Shown here one piece after another: positions 58,060 to 64,000 of a stretch of DNA of 64,000 bases (positions are counted from its first letter, which is position 1; each line of letters opens with the position of its first letter). The stretch is from Promethearchaeota archaeon (GTDB lineage: Archaea; Asgardarchaeota; Lokiarchaeia; Sigyniarchaeales; SOKP01), in assembly GCA_016840165.1 (NCBI GenBank), contig JAEOSU010000076.1, forward strand, positions 64,001-128,000. The letters run 5' to 3'. The notes beneath the pieces were generated by a model. It worked only from the letters and a program-made list of their open reading frames with translations. It had not been told where the DNA came from and ran no database searches. The translations under genes were made by a program, and so were the position numbers.

Positions 58060-59433
58060 CTGTTCTGATTTAATGTATTTTAAGATCTCTTTCCTTTTAT
58101 TTAAAGCTTGCTTAGCAGCTTCTTCTATGTCTTTTTTCATTTTTTCGACCATAGTAGGAGTTTCCTCGCCTATTTCTTGTTTAATTTTTGTATAAGCTGA
58201 TTCACGAAACCGTGGTAATAGTTCTTTTTTACGATTACCTTTAAAAATCATTGAAACTTGTTTTGAATAATCTACATATCCAATTTCAGCACAATCAATA
58301 CTTTTTTTTTTTAAATCGTGGATAATTTCTTTGGAATATCTTTCAGGGCAATAAATGAGGAGAGCATCCAGAGAAACACCAAGATAATCAACTCCCACTG
58401 CATCTAACATCTTTAAAACCTTCGAATTGACTAATTTTCTTATACGCTCTTCATAAATTGTCACCCCACAATTCGCTTCAAAATTAATTTCCCAAAGATC
58501 CCCTCTCAAACCACCATTAGTAACATCACACATAGCATGAACTTCATTTATATAGTCTGAGTTCAAAATTATTTCGCATGCTTTCAAGAATTTAATATTC
58601 ATAGTTTCCTTAACAACATCATGATTCCCAGAATAAATAGCGGTTGTTGATATTGTGCCTCCACCTGCTCCTTCTGTAAGAATTATTTTATCTCCAGGTT
58701 CGATATTCCTTCGGGCTAGAAGATGATCAGTGATTCCTACTGCTGAAACTCCACCAACTAGTCTATCTCCTATAACCATATCACCTCCTATTCTTAATGT
58801 AGATCCCGCGGTTATAGGAACCTCTGCTAGCTCTGAAATAGTAGAAATTCCTGCCATAAAATCGAATAGTTTTCCCACATCAGCATCATCTCCTAAATGT
58901 ACGTCTACCATGAGTGAGAGAGGTTTTGCTCCTTTTACATAGAGATCGCGCAAACATGCTCTTGCAACATGAAATCCACATATAAATGGGAAATCACTTA
59001 GTCGACTATGAATGCCCTCCATTTTGGATGCAATTATTATTTCTTCTTTATTATTTATTTCTATTTTAACCGCCCCCGCATCATCAAGAGAGCTGGGTGA
59101 TAAGAAAGCTTTTTTATCTGTTTCAGAGAGTTCTGCGACTAATTTATGAACAAAAAAATCACCAGCACCTCGACAACCAACGCCTTGATTTCCAACGGAA
59201 ACGTTAGCATTGTTAATAGATAATAAATTTTTTATAAAAGAAGCTGAAAGTTTAGAAATATCACTTTTTATACATTCTTCGTATACGGCATTTGCTAATC
59301 GATTAGCATTATTTATATCTATGTCCTTAAAATCAAGATATTCTTGAACTAATCTTTGTATAATTTCTTGTTTGGTTTTTCCTTTTTCGATTAATTTTCT
59401 TGTTAAACCTTCTAAATCACTCAATTTATTCAC
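58051..59433 (-). CDS. AIR-synthase-related (PurM/HypE/SelD superfamily) archaeal protein
   Basis: DLEG, GVGCRGAGDFFVH, DDAG, HSRLSDFP, DVHLGDD, GSTLRIGGDMV, DVTNGG. Confidence 0.85.
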   Translation of the reverse strand: MNKLSDLEGLTRKLIEKGKTKQEIIQRLVQEYLDFKDIDINNANRLANAVYEECIKSDISKLSASFIKNLLSINNANVSVGNQGVGCRGAGDFFVHKLVAELSETDKKAFLSPSSLDDAGAVKIEINNKEEIIIASKMEGIHSRLSDFPFICGFHVARACLRDLYVKGAKPLSLMVDVHLGDDADVGKLFDFMAGISTISELAEVPITAGSTLRIGGDMVIGDRLVGGVSAVGITDHLLARRNIEPGDKIILTEGAGGGTISTTAIYSGNHDVVKETMNIKFLKACEIILNSDYINEVHAMCDVTNGGLRGDLWEINFEANCGVTIYEERIRKLVNSKVLKMLDAVGVDYLGVSLDALLIYCPERYSKEIIHDLKKKSIDCAEIGYVDYSKQVSMIFKGNRKKELLPRFRESAYTKIKQEIGEETPTMVEKMKKDIEEAAKQALNKRKEILKYIKSEQLV

Positions 59434-59545
59434 TTTTTGTATTTAATTTCTCTAATAAGAATTTCTCATATCATTTATAGAATTTTCATAAAAAAAAATA
59501 GTTTATTAGAAATAAAAAAAAATTGAAAGTCTAAATTGACTGACT

Positions 59546-60271
59546 TTACATTTTTTCTTTTCTAAGTTTCTGTAGGATAATAATTGATAATGGTATTAAC
59601 CATAGGAAGGCTGCAAAAAGCATCATCCATTCAAGAAAAGGTAACGTCGTTGAGGGTGGAGGAAATACAAATAGAATTGCCGCTGTGGGTGGCCCAACTA
59701 TCATATACGCGCCTAAAAATCTTGGATAAATGGACTTCTTAAACAATATCGCAATACCATTAAAGAGTGCACCCGTTGCTAATCCAGCAAATACTATAAT
59801 GGAGAAAATATAATGGAGCCCCAATTCGGTGGATCTGTCTTCGCTAAACAATCCAATACCAAATAAGCCGATAGCTGCGATTATAAGACATACTAAGCCC
59901 AGAATTATATTAATTAAAACAAAAAAATTGAAGATTCTTTTCGAAAATGGATTAGTTGAATCAAATACTACTTCTTTTTTACCAGCTATTAATTTTTTAT
60001 AAGAATAGAGAAAAATTGGAACAAGAAAAAAAGCAGTAATCATAGCAATACTATCTAAGATAAATGGAGTTGGAGTATAACGAAAAGACCCTAAATCACT
60101 AATATAATTGTCAATTATGTTATATCCTTCTGGACCAAAAAATACAGCGATAAGAGCACCAATTAAAAGCCCACCTAAAAAGAGTAAATTACTCACATAG
60201 ATACAGATCTTAATAACTCTTGGCTGGACAATTTTGTTAAAGATAACATATTTTGAATTACCATCATTCAT
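59546..60271 (-). CDS. DUF998-like membrane protein
   Basis: YNIIDNYISDLG, GIGLFSED...LH, LEW. Confidence 0.7.
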   Translation of the reverse strand: MNDGNSKYVIFNKIVQPRVIKICIYVSNLLFLGGLLIGALIAVFFGPEGYNIIDNYISDLGSFRYTPTPFILDSIAMITAFFLVPIFLYSYKKLIAGKKEVVFDSTNPFSKRIFNFFVLINIILGLVCLIIAAIGLFGIGLFSEDRSTELGLHYIFSIIVFAGLATGALFNGIAILFKKSIYPRFLGAYMIVGPPTAAILFVFPPPSTTLPFLEWMMLFAAFLWLIPLSIIILQKLRKEKM

Positions 60272-60328
60272 GTTATTCTTTAATATAACAATTACTTAAA
60301 AGTTAAGGAAAAAAAAGGTAAAAAAAAG

Positions 60329-61549
60329 TTAATATTCTTTCTTTATTTTGGACAATTTATAGACTTTATAGTAATTCCCAATCATTCCTCCAATGGTTCC
60401 TATGATGATTAGAATTATTACCCAGAAGTAGATAATAAACTTTATATCTGTTATGTCATTAGGAATTGAGGCAATAATGCCACCAGAGAACACATCAATC
60501 GGGAAGATTTCAGGGTGTTGTAAAAGGAATAGTAACAATGGTATATAGGTAATATCATAGAGCGTAGTGATTACAATGAGAACTTGTTGACCAGTATGAT
60601 TTGAAACACCCACAGCTAAACGGATAAGACATAAGAGTCCATTAACAAAAACTAATAATCCAAAAATCGTTAACCATTCCAGGAATTCTGTATTGAAAAG
60701 ACCAAGTATGGAAAATGGTTGTAAAATTAAGATTAATCCAAAAATGATTCCCCCAACCGCTCCAAAGATCAATTCTCCTAAATTAACTGGTTCCTTTTTT
60801 TTGAGAGCGCGTTTTGCTTTTGCTTGAGCTAATTTCTCTTTCCTTAAGAGCTTGGCTTCAGCCATTTTTTGCTTGCGAACATATTTTGCTTCTTCTAATC
60901 TTTCTGCTCGTATTTCACGTTTAGCTTTTACTTCGGCTAATTTCTCATCACGTAGAATTTTAGCCTCTTCTAATGTTTGTTTTGTATATTCTTTAGCTTC
61001 TTCCATTTCTTCTTCTGTAAGGTGAAATGGAAAAATTAGTTCTAACCTTTTGGGTATAATACCAAAATCTTCCGGCAAAAAACCTTCATGAGAAAAGTAT
61101 ACAAAAGCAATGGTGATCACTACAGCAGATATCAAACAACCAATCCAAATCCCAGAAAATGCACTTCCTAAAATTTCCCACCAAGGAGTTATAAAAACTT
61201 GAAAAACCGCGACAACGATATTAATCAGCACAATTATCCCCCAAAAGAAAAATAACGAACGGAGATAAAATTCAAACAACTCTTCAGTTATAAAATATTT
61301 AGGTGTTCCCCTTCGTTTGTAGAGTTTTGCAATACTTTCTGGAGTACCCATTCGATCAATGGCCTCTTGGAAGTCTTTATTAGTTGGCTCACTTCCTGAA
61401 GCTATAAGTTTTGCTTCATTGATGACTTGAGACGCTAAATCATCTAAAATATGTTGTAATTGTTCCTCCTTCCATTTAAGCCATTCGGGCATTTTTTTCT
61501 TTACTCGATCTATATAGTCCTTTAAAATTTCATTATTTGGAACACTCAT
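60329..61549 (-). CDS. HAAS-domain membrane protein 2 with helical repeat insertion
   Basis: Paralog of 55518-56558 (MPEWLK, MGTPESIAKLYKRRGTP.YFIT.E, EGFLPEDF). Confidence 0.75.
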   Translation of the reverse strand: MSVPNNEILKDYIDRVKKKMPEWLKWKEEQLQHILDDLASQVINEAKLIASGSEPTNKDFQEAIDRMGTPESIAKLYKRRGTPKYFITEELFEFYLRSLFFFWGIIVLINIVVAVFQVFITPWWEILGSAFSGIWIGCLISAVVITIAFVYFSHEGFLPEDFGIIPKRLELIFPFHLTEEEMEEAKEYTKQTLEEAKILRDEKLAEVKAKREIRAERLEEAKYVRKQKMAEAKLLRKEKLAQAKAKRALKKKEPVNLGELIFGAVGGIIFGLILILQPFSILGLFNTEFLEWLTIFGLLVFVNGLLCLIRLAVGVSNHTGQQVLIVITTLYDITYIPLLLFLLQHPEIFPIDVFSGGIIASIPNDITDIKFIIYFWVIILIIIGTIGGMIGNYYKVYKLSKIKKEY

Positions 61550-61652
61550 TTTTATTCACATATTTGATTTAATTTATCTAAAATATTTATTTTAATAAAA
61601 GCTAATCATTATCAGTTATTAAAAAAAATGGAGACCAATTTTCATTATCAAT

Positions 61653-63131
61653 TTGAATAAAAAAATAAGAAGTTTATTTTTATCTAATAAAGGAAAGGAT
61701 ATGAAAGAAAAAAGTAGCTTCCGTGCAAAAGAAAGAGGTAAACGGAGAGCATTTGGGACACATATGACATCTATTGAGATTTTCCTTGAATTCATCTTTC
61801 CTGAAATTGAAAATGAACTAGAAGGCTACATTTGGGTTGATCTTTATGCTGGGGAGGGAAATTTAATATTACCTATATTAAATCATATAAATATTGAAAA
61901 GAGAGAGGGTTTTTTTCGAAAAAACATCTTTTTATTTGATATTCAAAAGAAAATGGTACAAAAATGCATTCACAACGCAATATCATATGGTATTTCTGAA
62001 TCTGTGGCAAAAAATAATATTAAAGTGCGTGATAATCTTGAAAGTTTCCCTGAATTTCTAAAATCATTAAAGAAGCCAATCTATCATATTACGAATCCAC
62101 CGTATCTTTATTTAGGATATATTAGTAAACATAAATCAACAAAACCTTTTTTGAGATATTTCAAAGATGAGAATACTGGATACCAAGACTTATACCAAAT
62201 AGCCATGATTAACGATCTAAGGAACAATATTAAAGATCTTATTTATATTATTCCCACTAACTTCTTATATGGTGCTTCTGTCTCCAATAAATTCCGTATA
62301 GATTTTTTAAAGTACTACAATATTCGTCAAATGATAATCTTTGAGACGAAAATGTTTAAGTTTACAGGTACAAATATTTGTTTTGGTTTTTTTGAAAGGA
62401 AAAAGAATCCTAAACATGAGGTCAATAGATTTGTTGGAACAAAAATTTATCCAAATAATCACATTTTAGAGAAAAAGTATAATTTATACCCCGATTATAA
62501 ATACCGTGCTGGTTCTGAATTCGAAGCTTTCCTTAAAAAATTCAAATTAAGGCATCCTTTAAAAGTAAGATATTATTTATTAGCTGTTGATGTCCATCAG
62601 AATTTGGGTAAAAATGAAATTAACCTATTGAATGCAAATAAATACAAAAATGGTAAGTATGAAAGAGTAGCTTTTAGTGTTAATCCTGACTTGTATCATA
62701 AAATTAAATCGAATATACTATATGTAAGAACAGTAGATACTGGTTCGAATAATGGAAGGGTTGGATTGAATATTATAAAGGAAGATTTTAAAGTTGATGG
62801 TATTTATGTCTCTGGTAATACATATCGTACCCATCCCATTCAAATCTTTTTAACACCGGAGCAATCTATCAAAGACCAAATGCTATTAAGAAAATATTTC
62901 AATTTTGTATTAGAAGCATTTAGACATAAATTAGATAGTGAATTTTTGACCACCTATAAATATTCTAATGCTTCCTATACTAGAAAATATTTAGGATTAA
63001 GTCAGGTTAGAAAGCTAATTGAAACGTTTCCATTCAATATAAGAGAATCTGAGAAGATAAGTCTGAATAAAATTATTAATGAGAAAAAATTCACGGAGCT
63101 AATGCATTTTTTAAATAGTATAAACTCTTGA
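61653..63131 (+). CDS. N6-adenine DNA methyltransferase (gamma-type motif order), no cognate nuclease seen
   Basis: Motif I DLYAGEG, motif IV TNPPY, DLYQ, IIPTNFL. Start is probably ATG 61701. Confidence 0.82.
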   Translation: MNKKIRSLFLSNKGKDMKEKSSFRAKERGKRRAFGTHMTSIEIFLEFIFPEIENELEGYIWVDLYAGEGNLILPILNHINIEKREGFFRKNIFLFDIQKKMVQKCIHNAISYGISESVAKNNIKVRDNLESFPEFLKSLKKPIYHITNPPYLYLGYISKHKSTKPFLRYFKDENTGYQDLYQIAMINDLRNNIKDLIYIIPTNFLYGASVSNKFRIDFLKYYNIRQMIIFETKMFKFTGTNICFGFFERKKNPKHEVNRFVGTKIYPNNHILEKKYNLYPDYKYRAGSEFEAFLKKFKLRHPLKVRYYLLAVDVHQNLGKNEINLLNANKYKNGKYERVAFSVNPDLYHKIKSNILYVRTVDTGSNNGRVGLNIIKEDFKVDGIYVSGNTYRTHPIQIFLTPEQSIKDQMLLRKYFNFVLEAFRHKLDSEFLTTYKYSNASYTRKYLGLSQVRKLIETFPFNIRESEKISLNKIINEKKFTELMHFLNSINS

Positions 63132-63134
63132 ATT

Positions 63135-63998
63135 TTAAATACTAGCAAATAGAAATGCTACTAAGCCCAAAAAAGCTCCAATTTTTAGGAAAAGGCTGAT
63201 TCGCTTAAAATCTCTCTTAGTTTGTTCCTTTTTAAACATGAGTATTATAACATATCCAACATCAATTAATCCAAAAGTCATAGGGAAAAAAAAATAGGCA
63301 GGACTAATAATGGGGGTATAAAAAGTTAAAATAAAAAATATTATGGCAAATATAGCAAAGAGCATTGAAATGTACTTTGACTTTTTTATACCGATCTTAA
63401 TAGCTAAGGTTTTTACTCCCAACTGTTTGTCTCCTTCAAGATCCTCACATCCCTTTATAACCTCACGAGATAATAGGAGAAAAAATGAAGTGAAGAAAAA
63501 ATAGTATATATATATCGGGATAATTGAACTATTAAGAATCGCTCCATATATCAAACCAATCGAAAAGGATATACTAACAATAATATTTCCGAGAAAACCA
63601 CTTTTTTTGCCCCATTTAGCATATACCCATCCAATTAACCCAAAAAAAGCTGCGATAATTATATTTGATAAACCTAGTATATTTAATGTACTATTAAACA
63701 CACTAGCTGTGAGCCCTAATATTAAATAAATAACGAATAGGATCTGTGCTTGAGTTATAGTTATTGAACCTCGTGGGATTGGTCTTTGAGGCCTATTAAT
63801 TAAATCAATTTCAATATCATAGATATCATTGATAACCATTCCCGAACCTGCGATAAAAACATAAGCTAAGATTCCTAAAATAATATTTACAAGGAACTTT
63901 TCGGGTAAAATACCAGTACGTGTATTTAATAATCCAATAATTACAGTAAGAGAGCCCATTAAACAATTTACAGGTCGTAAAATTTCAATAGCATCCTT
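63135..63998 (-). CDS. Digeranylgeranylglyceryl-phosphate synthase (UbiA family), 5' end beyond the window
   Basis: INDIYDIEIDLINRPQRPIPRG, REVIKGCEDLEGD...GVKTL; frame stays open upstream (EILRPVNC) to the window edge. Confidence 0.9.
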   Translation of the reverse strand, partial: KDAIEILRPVNCLMGSLTVIIGLLNTRTGILPEKFLVNIILGILAYVFIAGSGMVINDIYDIEIDLINRPQRPIPRGSITITQAQILFVIYLILGLTASVFNSTLNILGLSNIIIAAFFGLIGWVYAKWGKKSGFLGNIIVSISFSIGLIYGAILNSSIIPIYIYYFFFTSFFLLLSREVIKGCEDLEGDKQLGVKTLAIKIGIKKSKYISMLFAIFAIIFFILTFYTPIISPAYFFFPMTFGLIDVGYVIILMFKKEQTKRDFKRISLFLKIGAFLGLVAFLFASI

Positions 63999-64000
63999 AA

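Noticed and set aside
312-58942. Numerous short antisense or overlapping ORFs in the track (e.g. 312-509, 6192-6501, 23518-23988, 27747-28193, 32918-33256, 34198-34470, 40884-41222, 45500-47242, 55903-56562)
   Set aside because: They lie opposite or inside well-supported genes and have no recognisable motifs; treated as shadow ORFs.
58051-59433. Call as selD, hypE or thiL
   Set aside because: Only superfamily-level motifs are recognisable, and there is no supporting gene context.

Overview
AT-rich, gene-dense archaeal chromosome segment. Gene content points to an Asgard archaeon of the Lokiarchaeia/Promethearchaeota type (inferred from a schizorhodopsin, longin- and Rab-like GTPases, a eukaryote-style ubiquitin cascade, archaeal AlaRS/DtdA/DGGGP synthase and H4MPT/F420 genes). 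Main blocks: (1) about 0-17.5 kb, a redox/thiol island with a CooS-V-like atypical CODH, a ferredoxin, Isf, glutaredoxins, ferredoxin:thioredoxin reductase, a schizorhodopsin, two CCG Fe-S proteins, three PDOs plus TrxB, Hsp20 and two Cys-bearing Lrp regulators; (2) 17.5-33.6 kb, housekeeping and eukaryote-signature genes (dtdA, Rab-like GTPase, alaS, ftsZ, EndoQ, TPR and coiled-coil proteins); (3) 33.8-40.3 kb, the highlight: a complete ubiquitin-like conjugation locus with two acidic-tailed Ubls ending in -STAG rather than -GG (one mature, one pro-form), a membrane-anchored non-conjugatable Ubl paralog, a UBA2/UBA3-type E1, an E2, a JAMM protease and a polytopic membrane RING E3 candidate; (4) 40.3-55 kb, F420/riboflavin and tetrahydromethanopterin biosynthesis; (5) 55-64 kb, a PadR-HAAS module, LarE, an AIRS-like protein, an orphan N6-adenine methyltransferase and DGGGP synthase (cut by the window edge). 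Reading the DNA directly also gave two or three genes that appear to start at ATT/ATA, two small ORFs missing from the ORF track, and a regulator split at an A11 tract. I saw no rRNA, tRNA, CRISPR array or transposase. All family assignments are from motif recognition; no database search was run.
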